Shown here in pieces: positions 25,102 to 37,557 of a stretch of DNA of 64,000 bases. Position 1 is the stretch's first letter, and every line of letters starts with the position of its first letter. The notes beneath the pieces are model-generated. The model had not been told where the DNA came from, did not search any database, and saw nothing but the letters and a program-made list of their open reading frames with translations. The DNA comes from Mobula hypostoma (Eukaryota), in NCBI RefSeq assembly GCF_963921235.1, contig NC_086129.1, positions 35,836,001-35,900,000 on the forward strand. The letters run 5' to 3'. The position numbers and the translations under genes were made by a program.

Positions 25102-25321
25102 TGGAATTTGCCCTCTCAGGTTGAGTTGGAGTCATGGTGAAGGCAGCAGTTCAGAGTAACATTCTTGTTGGAAGCTCCACATTCTCCTGGTTTTCAGGGA
25201 AAGTCCACGAGTCGAACACAAATGTACCAACTTTGTTATCAGCTGCTGATAAGGTGCCCTTATATACAGTGAGCGTCTGTGGGCTGCACACAGATCTCCT
25301 GGAAGAACACAGCAGAAACAG
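25102..25321 (+). promoter_or_regulatory. Type-B promoter and non-coding exon 1 of copy 2
   Basis: HNF4-like sites, inverted GATA pair TTATCAGCTGCTGATAA, TATATA at 25261, donor CAG|GTGAG after 25321. Confidence 0.75.
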
Positions 25322-26129
25322 GTGAGAGGAGCCCTGACGCTCACTTTCCTCCACCCCAGCGAGCTTGCCTGCTTATCCTTTTAACTACTCTCTATGGACA
25401 GCTTCACTGATCAGGCAATTGGTCAAGGCATAGAAACTAAAGAACAGCTTTCTGTTTCTGTACTGTTACAGGGTATAATTAACTGGGAGTTTGATAGGTT
25501 CTTCATTAGTATGGGATCAAAGTTTATGGGGAGAATGTAAGAGAATGGGGCTGAGAGAGAAACTAAATCAGTTTTGACTGAATGGACGAGCAAATTCGAT
25601 GGGCCAAAAGGCTCAATTCTGCTCCTGTGATTTATGGTTTTATTATTGACACGTCACAGGCTAGATGTATAGAGGATACTTTCTCTGGCTGAAGAGTTCA
25701 GGATCCCAGGGTGGGGTCAGAGTTTCAGAGCAAGGGGTGTGCCATTAAGGACATCAAAAAGAAGGAATATTGTAAATTAGAGGTCCGTAGGACTTTGGAA
25801 GTCTGGAGGGCTCAGTCACTGAGCACATTCAAAGCAGAAATGGATATATATCTGGTTGCCATGGGAACTTAGGGATATTGATACAGTGCAGGAAAATGGT
25901 GGTGAGCTCAAAGATCAGCTTTGATCTCAATAACTGAACAGGTTCAAAGGGCTGGATGCTGACTCCTTGTATAACAAATAGAGTTCAGAAGGGGGCAGTA
26001 ATACTCGGGTAGATTTTCCATGTGGGTTTAAACCCTGGACTAACTCTGATCGTTATTTCTTTTCACAGATTGACTGCAAAGGGATACAGAAATAATCTGC
26101 CATACTCAGTATCATTTGAGAACACCACC

Positions 26130-26178
26130 ATGTTTCCCAAAGCAATCCTCCTGCTTCTGGCTGCTGCCTTTCTCACAG
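26130..26178 (+). CDS. APOA4: ApoA-IV-like copy 2, exon 2 (signal peptide MFPKAILLLLAAAFLTG)
   Basis: CACCACCATG Kozak context; 49 coding nt; GTATGA donor. Confidence 0.9.
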
Positions 26179-26608
26179 GTATGAGATTCAAATATTCCTG
26201 TTCTCTTATTCTGGGACGATGACTGGGTTTTATTGCCATTTCCAGTCTTCAAAGGTGGTTCTTGATTGACCTTGGACTCACTAGCTTCACTTCACTGATG
26301 TGCACCTGATTTTAGCTCTGATCTGAATTCTGGAGCCCCTTGCATTGTCCATTCCTCCACACCTCAGCTCCTGGGTGCAACTTGTTCCTCCCCTTACTGG
26401 GTTTGTTTTAAGTCCCCGTTACAAATAATCAAAGACCTGGGATTTTACTCAACGACTCATTCAGCTACAGTATACCCCCAAAGAGGAGTGATCAGCAAGA
26501 TACAGAGTGAAATCTTGTTACGCATCATTTGGTTGAATGAACAGTAGATGTTGTGGAATGTTCCTGCTGTGTTCCTACTCTGATCACCTCAAATTTTCCT
26601 TCCCATAG

Positions 26609-26735
26609 GCTGTCGGGCTGAGAGCAATGGAGATCAGGTTCGAGATGCCTTCTGGAATTACATCAGCCAAATGACTGAGGAAGCCCAGGATAGTGTCGAG
26701 CTGATCCAGAGCTCAGAAATCGGACAGCAACTCAA
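26609..26735 (+). CDS. APOA4: ApoA-IV-like copy 2, exon 3 (CRAESNGDQVRDAFWNYISQMTEEAQDSVELIQSSEIGQQLN)
   Basis: 127 nt, phase 1-2; resembles the ApoA-IV N-terminus (DQVATVMWDYFSQL...SELTQQLN). Confidence 0.9.
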
Positions 26736-27489
26736 GTGAGCATTTGGGGTTTTAATGGGTACTAAGAATAGATCAGCAACATCTATTGAGCAAGGAGCTG
26801 GCCAGGCATGCCTTAGGACTGGAGCACTGCAACAGTCCACGAGGTTCTTTACAATTATTTTATAGAATCTGATCCTCACCAACATTATTGTCCAGCTCTA
26901 TTTGTTAATTGACCAGTTTAAGATGCCAGTGAAGTCTCAACTATGGACACAGATTTCCTTCCCTTAAGGACATTATGGACTTCTATAATAACACAGTCAA
27001 TCTGCTATAACAAGAGTGATATTTTGAATTCCAGATGTATTATTTATCTACTCTAATGTAAGTGTTTTTCACGAGGAGCTGAATTCATTACTTCAGATTA
27101 ATCGTCATGGTTTTGTAGATTGGTTTTACCAGGAACATAACCACTGTGCTGTAATATTAAAGTGAAGGTTCCCCAGCAAGTTTAAAAACAAACAAGAATG
27201 AGAATAAATGATAAAAGGGGTAAACTCATCAGGGCTTGTGGAACAGATACCCAGCAAAACTTAACAGATAGGTAATAATAGATTGAATGAAAACTATTGT
27301 GTGACTCACATCGTCCCTCTGCAATGAACATCTACAGTTATCCTTAGAAGATTTTGTGATCCAAAATGTCCTTTATAAGCTCTCCTTTCCAGTGTACATT
27401 TGTTTCAGAACCAGCCTTGTACGTAGCTCTGTCTAAATGTACCTCTTTCCTGTAACGAGAATAAGAAACAACTGTCTCTTCTTTTCCAG

Positions 27490-28390
27490 TCACCTTATTC
27501 AGGATAATCTGCAGACTGTCAATGACTATGCTGAGGATCTCCGACAGAAGTTGGCTCCTTACACCGATGGTCTTCATGAGAAGATGACAGTCGACATTGA
27601 GAGCCTTCGCCAGCAGATAAGAGAACAGCTGGAAGACCTGAGGGAGAAACTTGCTCCCTTTGCTGATGGAGTTCATCGGAAGATCAGCAGGAACATTGAA
27701 GAATTTCATCAGAAGTTGACCCCTTTTGCTGAAGACCTGGGCCAACAGCTGCGTAAGAATGCAGAGGAACTTCGGCAGAAGTTGACTCCCTTTACTGAAG
27801 AGCTACAGGCCAGATTGGAAGTGAGCACAGAGAACCTGAGGGAAGTCCTGACTCCCTATGCTGAGGAGCTCCAGATGAAGATTGATGAAAACATGGACAC
27901 CTTCAGGCAGAATGTGGCTGCCAAAGCTGAAAAATTCCGCTCCAGGTTTAATGAGAATGTCCAGGAGCTTCGCAATAGCTTGGCCCCCTATGCCAAGGAT
28001 GTCCAGATCAAGATGAACCAACAAATTGGAGAAATGTCCCAGATGGTTGAACCATATGCCGAGAAGCTCCAGGCAAAAGTCAATGAGCATGTGGATGTTC
28101 TGAACCAAAGGCTGAACCCTTACATCGTCGAACTGAAGGCTAAACTTAACGAGAACATGGACCAGAACCTGGGCCAATTCATTGAAAATTTCAACACCAA
28201 CGTTAACCAGGGAATCGAGGAGTTCCATCAGAACCTGGCTCCCTACACTGAGCAGCTGAAACAAATCATCAGTCAGAATGTGAAGGAGATGCAGGACAGA
28301 CTTGTCCTGAATGGAGGTAATGTTCAGCAGGATCTTCAGACCCAGCTCACCAATTTATGGGGCAACTTCTGGCAGCATCTGCAGAACTAA
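27490..28390 (+). CDS. APOA4: ApoA-IV-like copy 2, exon 4; full protein 358 aa
   Basis: Proline-punctuated 22-aa amphipathic repeats; CTTTTCCAG acceptor; AATAAA at 28550. Confidence 0.92.
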
Positions 28391-29061
28391 TTGAGATGTA
28401 GAGTGTGGCTCTATCAAACTGTGTGTCAAGACTCAGGGGTCCTCTTACTATCTCAAATGGTAATATGCCGAAATTATTTATTGTTTTTCGACTGAAAAGT
28501 ATTAAAATCAAATACTGAAACTTTGGAGCGTGAACTATAAAATACCTGCAATAAAACTTTAATATCTGAGAAGTTTTCCTTGCCGTACTACATGGTCGAA
28601 AATAGTTATCACTAGAACTATGTAAATCATACTGCACAGAACAAAGCAATTCATCTAATTCATCCAACACACTACATCCCATTTTCCCACACGTTTCCCC
28701 AATTACTGCAAATATCTCTGACAAGCATTGGTGCAATGCAATTTTTGGAGATACTTATTGAAATCACACCTGCCCTATTCTGCCATATCTTTGATGGAAA
28801 TCTGCTCCTTCTGCAGCTTGGACAGCCTTCATAAAGTCTTTCGACCATACTTAACATCAGTAATTCAATCAGTGTTTCAAAGATTCTAACATAACTTCAA
28901 TCCTATATGTATTATTGAACAGGTCATTTCATCAGGCCACTGAACCTGCTAACTTTAATGTCTGCAGTGCAAGATCCGTAAGACATAGGAACAGAATTAG
29001 GCCATTTGGCACATCAAATCTGCTTCAGCATTCAATCATGGCTGATTTATTTGCCTTCTCA

Positions 29062-30289
29062 ACTATTCCACTGCCACAATAACATAATTTGGTCAGCCAG
29101 GCTGTTTTCAACTGCAGCATCTCAGTATTCTTCATGCCCACTTTCATTCCTGACTGCAACTCAATTGTATTTCTGCGGTTTCCAATGAAACAGTGATTTC
29201 CACTGCTCATTGGAATGTAAGCTGCGCCTCAGTTAGGAGCTGCTGAGGAATACTTTCTTTTAAGATTACACAAACTAAGCAATCTCTCAGTGCATCATTA
29301 AGCCCATCATGGAAGGCAGTCTCTTCAATTCAGCCACCCATGCCAAAATGGGCTCCCCTTCTTTTTGATTCTCCTTATGAAATCTAAAGTGTTCTGCAAT
29401 AAACAATGGCCTGGGTTCTCAGTGTTCCTGCATCACTTTTATAATAGCGGCAAAACTCAGACTTGATAGTTTGGTTGGAGCAGTCAAACGTCGAAGAAAA
29501 CTGTATGCCTTTAAACCCAATACATTTAGCAAAACTGGCACTCGCTTCTCATTGGCTATTTCATTTGCATCAAAATACTGTCCCAATAGTTCAGTAAACA
29601 GTACATGAGCCATTTGAGTAATCAAACTCGTCAATCTTTCCGAAGCTACCAGCCATTTCTGATTTTTTTTAATGCGTAGTATCACTCGCTACTCACAGTT
29701 TATGATCCCCAAATTCTTCCGTTTACTCCATTTTAAAAAAACCTCGATCGTGCGTTCCCTTCCGAAAAGCACGTGCTGGCTGCATTCGCTTTAAATTGGG
29801 CCGTCTCTCCTCACGTTGGGGTGGATTTTCACTCGACGGTGCACCTGCTGTGTTTATTTTATTTTGAACGGTTCGCTGCGCTTAACAGGTTGGTAGAGGG
29901 CTCGGGTTCGTTTTAAAATACCTAATCAGCACCGTTATGTTTTCTAACTTCAAAACTTGAAGTAATTCAAAGAAAGATACAGAGTCCGAAATATAGCTCT
30001 CGCTTTGCCTTTAAGCGAGGCGCTCTTGTATCACGTGATAGCGTGATGACAGTCACAATTAATGCATTTTTACATGAAACCGTAATTAATTATTTAAACG
30101 AACAGGATTACTTCATCAATCTGCATATATCATTTTATTTTATATATATACACACACACACACATATATAATAACAACACAATTATTTAAACGAACAAAA
30201 TACTTAAATCAAACTATATATATATATATATGTATGTATTTTCACACACAAGATTACTCAAGTATAATTGAAATATTAAATACAAAACA
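29062..30289 (-). mobile_element. Truncated Gypsy-type element (one LTR at about 29933-30289 plus degenerate gag), spacer 2
   Basis: ORF 29419..29685 YFDANEIANEKRVPVLLNVLGLKAYSFLRRLTAP resembles a Gypsy gag N-terminus; starts with TG on the minus strand; absent from spacer 1. Confidence 0.7.
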
Positions 30290-30775
30290 ATCAAGTCTCT
30301 AGGTGCAATTAAAAGGTCAGAGAGTGAGAGTGAATGGAATTGGAGCAAGTGCAAACAGAGTTTCTGGATGCATATAATCCAGTGTAGCAGAAAAGAAGGC
30401 ATTTCGAGAGAGACAGATGCAGATTTATTTATCACATGGTCATCCTCCATTATTTGCGTTAACACCCAACACAACCCAAGGGTGTGCTGAGGCAGCCCGC
30501 AATTGTTTCCACACATTCCATCACAAGCATCACTGGCCCAATATGTTCCAATAAAGAACACAAGGAGCAACGACAGCAAATTAGAAGAGACAATAGCAAC
30601 AAAACAAACCCCTTTTCCATCCATCTCAGTGTCACCAACTGGGTTCAACCCTGAACTTAGACACCGTGAGATTCAGATCCATCTATTTATCACTTCTACT
30701 TCAAAACAAATGTTTGCATTAACAGCCAACACAATCTACAGCAGCCCGCAAATGGTGCCATGCATTCCAACACCA

Positions 30776-33268
30776 GAATCAGAATCAGGTTTATTATCAC
30801 TGGCATGTGACGTGAAATTTGGTAACTTAGCAGCAGCAGTTCAATACAATGCATAATCCACAGAGAGAGAGGAAAAAATAAATTAAAAAACATGATAATA
30901 AATAAACAAGTAAAACAATTATGTATATTGAATAGATTATTAAAAAATGTGCAAAAAGAGAAATACTATATGTTAAAAAAGTGAGGTAGTGTCCAAAGCT
31001 TCAAAGTTCAGTTGAGAAATGGATGGCAGAGGGGAAGAAGCTGTTCCTGAATCACTGAGTGTGTGCCTTCAGGCTTCTGTAGCTCCTACCTGATGGTATC
31101 AGTCAGAAAAGGGCATGCCCTGGGTGCAGGAGGTCTTTAATAATAGATGCTGCCAGGAGATAAAAGATTTGAGCTATGGATAAAGAAAGGTCTTACAACC
31201 TACCTCTCATTTATAGATAAAAGAGTATTACAAAGTTTCCAAATCCTGCAGGACAAACATGGCCTAGAACATAATGACTTTTCTAGGTACCTTCAAATAC
31301 GAAACTATGTTAACCAGAGTTGTAGATATACAGACCTATCAACAGTAGAATTAGAATTTTTCAAGATTCTGAATTCGGCTTGCAGTTCAATACCTAGTAA
31401 ATCAGTTTCTCGCCTATATAATGCACTCTCCTATGCTAAAAATGTAAATACACTGTATATTAAAGAGAAGTGGGAGAAAGAAGCGGGGTTGGTACTTTCA
31501 GAGGAGGCTTGGGGGAAAATCTGCAGCTTTCAATGGTCCTCGACTAACTCTTTGACTTGGAGAGAACATTGTTGGAAAAACATTATAAGATACTTCAAGA
31601 CCCCATATCAGGAAAAATATAAAGATACAAATGTGATGTGTTGGAGAAGGTGCGGCTCCAAGGAGGCAAATCATTTTCATATTTTCTGGGATTGCCCTAA
31701 ATTAAGTCTATTTTGGGAAGGTATTCATAGAACATTAGTTAAGGTACGTAGGTCCCAGATACCCCTGAACTTTGAGACGCTCTATTTGGGGCATGTATTG
31801 TTCCTTGAACAGAAGGAAGATATAAAGTTGCTGCAGGCCCTCTTAGCGGCAAGTAAGAAATCAATCACTAGAAAATGGCTAAATCCAATACCACCTACAT
31901 TAGAAGATTGGTACGAAATTATCTTGGAAATATTTAAAATGGAAAAGTTGACTTACTCCCTGAGAACTCAAAAAGAAACATTTTATTAAATCTGGAATAA
32001 ATGGATTGAATATATAACCCCAATGCGAGCAGACTTTAGATGACTCTCCTAATGATTTATATTGCTCTTCTCATCAACACAGTAATATTGCTAACGTAAG
32101 CACCCCTAGTCTAAATGTTTGTTGTTTTTTTTGGAAAATAGAGAATTAACACAAGTAAAGGGAAAGATTTGGTAAAGGGATAAAAAAAAATGAAAAAATT
32201 AAGTAAATAAGTACATAGGGATTGGATAATTATGTCTGCGGGCAGGAACAAGCACGAACAAATTGGGATATAAACACCTACAATGGTTGGTATATAGGCT
32301 TATATGCAACATTTTGGACCAGTGGAAATGGTCCAGAAGGGTTGTATGGAAACTATTATTACCATTTTTCTTAACAACTAATTTCATTACTTAGCCTAAT
32401 AGGTTAGATTTACCACAGTACATAAATGTTTATTTTCCTTTTATATCATCTCAATGTGTACTTAAGAATGTATAAATAATTGTAGTTTTATACGTATAAA
32501 AAAATGGAAAAGGTTATATGTGTGAAAAAAGTACATGATAATTGTGAATTCCTTATCCAAATAAAAATTAAAAAAAAAAATAATAGATGCTGCCTTTCTG
32601 AGACACCGCTCCCAAAAGATGTCCTGGGTACTTTGTAGGCTAGTACCCAAGATGGAGCTGACAAGATTTACAACCTTCTGCAGCTTCTTTCAGTCCTGTG
32701 TAGTAGCCCCTCCATACCAGACAGTGATGCAGCCTGTCAGAATGGTCTCTATGGTACAACTATAGAAGTTTTTGAATGTATTTGTTGACATGCCAAATCT
32801 CTTCAAACTCCTAATGAAGTATAGCCACTGTCTTGCCTTCTTTATGATGACATCAATATGTAGGGATCAGGTTAGATCCTCAGAGATCATGACACCCAGG
32901 AACTTGAAGCTGCTCACTCTCTCCACTTCTGATCCCTCGAAGAGGATTGGTATGTGTCCCTTCGTCTTACCCTTCCTGAAGTCCACAATCAGCTCTTTCG
33001 TCTTACTGACATTGAGTACCAGATGTTGCCACGGCACCACTCCACTGGTTGGCATATCTCACTCCTGTATGCCCTCTCGTCACCACCTGAGATTCCACCA
33101 ACAATGGTTGTGTCGTCAGCAAATTTATAGATGGTATTTGAGCTATACCTAGGCACACAGTCAAGTGTATACAGAGATAGAGCAGTGGGCTAAGCACACA
33201 TCCGAGGTGCGCCAGTGTTGATCGTCAGCGAGGAGGATATGTTTTTACCAATCCGAACAGACTGCGGT
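30776..33268 (-). mobile_element. Rex1/Babar-like LINE 3' fragment interrupted by an L1
   Basis: LVLNVSKTKELIVDFRK and VERVSSFKFLGV motifs; (AGAATC)n tail; CACCA at both ends; empty site at about 24156. Confidence 0.75.
31155..32580 (+). mobile_element. 5'-truncated L1-clade LINE (ORF2 C-terminal zinc-binding region, 3'UTR, poly-A)
   Basis: CWRRCGSKEANHFHIFWDCPKL motif; AATAAA plus A-tail; target-site duplication (AA)TAATAGATGCTGCC at 31139-31154 and 32579-32594. Confidence 0.92.
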
Positions 33269-34212
33269 CACCAACCTAACATGCCCACAACGCTCGGCAG
33301 AGCAAGACAAAACACACAAGAAACAAAACAACTACAGCAAAACAATCCCTGTTCCTCCCTCCCACACACACAAACAAACTGTTGTCCAACCCCAGGACAG
33401 GCCTCTGGGCCTCCAGCGTCCAGTGAACTTGTAGATTCACAGACACTGGGCTTTGTTTTCCCCATTGGATTCGCAGTGGACTCAGGGCTCTGTGTGCAGT
33501 TTGCACGTTGTACATGAAGCAAAGTGGGTTTTCTTCAAATGCTCCTTTTCCTGACACACCTCAAAGTCAGACAGGTTGGTAGGTTATTGGACATTGTAAA
33601 TTGCCGATAGACGGTTAGGATATGGGGAGATTTGAATGGAATGTGGGAAGAATTTAAAAATGCAGTTAATATAGTGTTAATGTAGGCTGTTGTTTGTCAA
33701 GGACTCCATTGGCCAAAGGCCTGTTTCTGTGCTGTGTGACTCTGTGACCATGAGGTCGCAGGTTTAAGCAACAGTGATTGTCTTGTGTGAATATGTTCAC
33801 ATGGAGAACTTTTAAGGCCTTAGCAGGTAAAACGATACAAAATCATAGATTCTTTTATCTCAGACAGGTCCTTGTTAGGCCCAGCATTTCTGTCTAAGGA
33901 ATTAATTCCAATCATCACACTTTCCACATGGCTTTACAATTTGCTTCCTCTCAATCTATCTGCGGAGGCAAGGGCAGACTCTTTCCATCCACTCCACAAA
34001 TATTCATTCCAGATGCCAGCAACTCATTATTCCTACATCTCCCATCTGCTTCCTTTGCTGATGATCTCGAATCAAAGTCCTCAGGTTACCTAACCTGCTG
34101 CCAATGATGACAGACTCTCCCTGTCATTAAAAATACCTCATCCTAAGTCCATAGAGTGATCTAATGTTACAGAGGTAATAAACCATGGCCTTTGGAATGA
34201 AAAATTAATCTT

Positions 34213-34479
34213 GAATGGAATTTGCCCTCTCAGGTTGAGTTGGAGTCATGGTGAAGGCAGCAGTTCAGAGTAACATTCTTGTTGGAAGCTCCACGTTCTC
34301 CTGGTTTTCAAGGAAAGTCCACAAGTGGAACACAAATGTATCAACTTTGTTATCAGCTGCTGATAAGGTGCCCCTATACAGAGTGAACTTTGTTATCAGC
34401 CACTGATAAGGTGCCCTTATATAGAGTGAGCGTCTGTGGGCTGCCACACAGATCTCCTGGAAGAACGCAGCAGAAACAG
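34213..34479 (+). promoter_or_regulatory. Type-B promoter with internal 43-bp duplication, and exon 1 of copy 3
   Basis: AACTTTGTTATCAGC...GAGTG at 34343-34385 and 34386-34428; donor after 34479. Confidence 0.75.
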
Positions 34480-35288
34480 GTGAGAGGAGCCCTGACGCTC
34501 ACTTTCCTCCACCCCAGCGAGCTTGCCTGCTTATCCTTTTAACTACTCTCTATGGACAGCTTCACTGATCAGGCAATTGGTCAAGGCATAGAAACAAAAG
34601 AACAGCTTTCTATGTTTCTGTAATGTTACAGGGTATAATTAACTGGGAGTTTGATAGGTTCTTCATTAGTATGGGATCAAAGTTTATGGGGAGAATGTAA
34701 GAGAATGGGGCTGAGAGAGAAAATAAATCAGTTTTGACTGAATAGACGAGCAAATTCGATGGGCCAAAACGCTCAACTCTGCTCCTGTGATTTATGGTTT
34801 TATAACTGACATGTCACAGGCTAAATTTATGGAGGATACTTTCTCTAGCTGAAGAGTTTAGGATCCCGGGGTGGGGTCAGATTTTCAGAGTAAGGGGTGT
34901 GCCATTAAGGACATCAAAAAGAAGGAATGCTGTAAATTAGAGGTCAGTCGGTCTTTGGAAGTCTGGAGGGCTCAGCCCCTGAGCTCATTCAAAGCAGATA
35001 TGGATATATTTCTGGTTGCCTTGGCACCTAGTGATATTAATACAGTGCAGGAAAATGGTGGTGAGCTCAAAGATCAGCTTTGATCTCAATAACTGAACAG
35101 GTTCAAAGGGCTGGATGCTGACTCCTTGTTTAACAAATATAGTTCAGAAGGGGGCCGTAATAAGCAGGTAGATTTTGCATGTGGGTTTAAACCCTGGACT
35201 AACTCTGATCATTATTTCTTTCCACAGATTGACTGCAAAGGGATACAGAAATAATCTGCCATACTCAATATCATTTGAGAACACCACC

Positions 35289-35337
35289 ATGTTTCCCAAA
35301 GCAATCCTCCTGCTTCTGGCTGCTGCCTTTCTCACAG
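35289..35337 (+). CDS. APOA4: ApoA-IV-like copy 3, exon 2
   Basis: Same signal-peptide exon as copy 2; GT donor. Confidence 0.9.
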
Positions 35338-35775
35338 GTATGCGATTCAAATATTCCTGTTCTCTTATTCTGGGACGATGACTGGGTTTTATTGCCATTT
35401 CCAGTCTTCAAAGGTGGTTCTTGATTGACCTTGGACTCACTAGCTTCACTTCACTGATGTGCACCTGATTTTAGCTCTGATCTGAATTCTGGAGCCCCTT
35501 GCATTGTCCATTCCTCCACACATCAGCTCCTGGGTGCAACTTGTTCCTCCCCTTACAAGGTTTGTTTTAAGTCCCCTTTACAAATAATCAAATAATCAAA
35601 GACCTGGGATTTTACTCAACGACTCATTCAGCTACAGTATGCCCCCAAAGAGGAGTGATCAGCAAGATACAGAGTGAAATCTTGTTACGCATCATTTGGT
35701 TGAATGAACAGTAGATGTTGTGGAATGTTCCTGCTGTGTTCCTACTCTGATCACCTCAAATTTTCCTTCCCATAG

Positions 35776-35902
35776 GCTGTCAGGCTGAGATCAATGGAGA
35801 TCAGATTCGAGATGCCTTCTGGAATTACATCAGCCAAATGACTGAGGAAGCCCAGGATAGTGTCGAGCTGATCCAGAGCTCAGAAATCGGACAGCAACTC
35901 AA
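35776..35902 (+). CDS. APOA4: ApoA-IV-like copy 3, exon 3
   Basis: 127 nt open exon CQAEINGDQIRDAFWNY...; AG/GT boundaries. Confidence 0.9.
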
Positions 35903-36656
35903 GTGAGCATTTGGGGTTTTAATGGGTACTAAGAATAGATCAGCAACGTCTATTGAGCAAGGAGCTGGCCAGGCATGTCTTAGGACTGGAGCACTGCAAC
36001 AGTCCGAGAGTTTCTTTACAATTATTTTATAGAATCTGATCCTCACCAACATTATTGTCCAGCTCTCTTTGTTAATTGACCAGTTTAAGATGCCAGTGAA
36101 GTCTCAACTATGGACACAGATTTCCTTCCCTTAAGGACATTATGGACTTCTATAATAACACAGTCAATCTGCTATAACAAGAGTGATATTTTGAATTCCA
36201 GATGTATTATTTATCTACTCTAATGTAAGTGTTTTTCACGAGGAGCTGAATTCATTATTTCAGATTAATCGTCATGGTTTTGTAGATTGGTTTTACCAGG
36301 AACATAACCACTGTGCTGTAATATTAAAGTGAAGGTTCCTCAGCAAGTTTAAAAACAAACAAGAATGAGAATAAATGATAAAAGGGGTAAACTCATCAGG
36401 GCTTGTGGAACAGATACCCAGCAAAACTTAACAGATAGGTAATAATAAATTGAATGAAAACTATTGTGTGACTCACATCCTCCCTCTGCAATGAACATCT
36501 ACAGTTATCCTTAGAAGATTTTGTGATCCAAAATGTCCTTTATAAGCTCTCCTTTCCAGTGTACATTTGTTTCAGAACCAGCCTTGTACGTAGCTCTGTC
36601 TAAATGTACCTCTTTCCTGTAACGAGAATAAGAAACAACTGTCTCTTCTTTTCCAG

Positions 36657-37557
36657 TCACCTTATTCAGGATAATCTGCAGACTGCCAATGACTATGCTG
36701 AGGATCTCCGACAGAAGTTGGCTCCTTACACCGATGGTCTTCATGAGAAGATGACAGTCGACATTGAGAGCCTTCGCCAGCAGATAAGAGAACAGCTGGA
36801 AGACCTGAGGGAGAAACTTGCTCCCTTTGCTGATGGAGTTCATCGGAAGATCAGCAGGAACATTGAAGAATTTCATCAGAAGTTGACCCCTTTTGCTGAA
36901 GACCTGGGCCAACAGCTGCGTAAGAATGCAGAGGAACTTCGGCAGAAGTTGACTCCCTTTACTGAAGAGCTACAGGCCAGATTGGAAGTGAGCACAGAGA
37001 ACCTGAGGGAAGTCCTGACTCCCTACGCTGAGGAGCTCCAGATGAAGATTGATGAAAACATGGACACCCTCAGGCAGGATGTGGCTGCCAAAGCTGCTGA
37101 ATTCCGCTCCAGGTTTAATAAGAATGTCCAGGAGCTTCGCAATAGCTTGGCCCCCTATGCCAAGGATGTCCAGATCAAGATGAACCAACAAATTGGAGAA
37201 ATGTCCCAGATGGTTGAACCATATGCCGAGAAGCTCCAGGCAAAAGTCAATGAGCATGTGGATGTTCTGAACCAAAGGCTGAACCCTTACATCGTCGAAC
37301 TGAAGGCTAAACTTAACGAGAACATGGACCAGAACCTGGGCCAATTCATTGAAAATTTCAACACCAACGTTAACCAGGGAATCGAGGAGTTCCATCAGAA
37401 CCTGGCTCCCTACACTGAGCAGCTGAAACAAATCATCAGTCAGAATGTGAAGGAGATGCAGGACAGACTTGTCCTGAATGGAGGTAATGTTCAGCAGGAT
37501 CTTCAGACCCAGCTCACCAATTTATGGGGCAACTTCTGGCAGCATCTGCAGAACTAA
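36657..37557 (+). CDS. APOA4: ApoA-IV-like copy 3, exon 4
   Basis: 22-aa helical repeats, open to TAA; AATAAA at 37717. Confidence 0.92.

Noticed and set aside
31147-31989. 280-aa ORF as a host gene
   Set aside because: L1 ORF2 C-terminus bounded by a target-site duplication and poly-A tail
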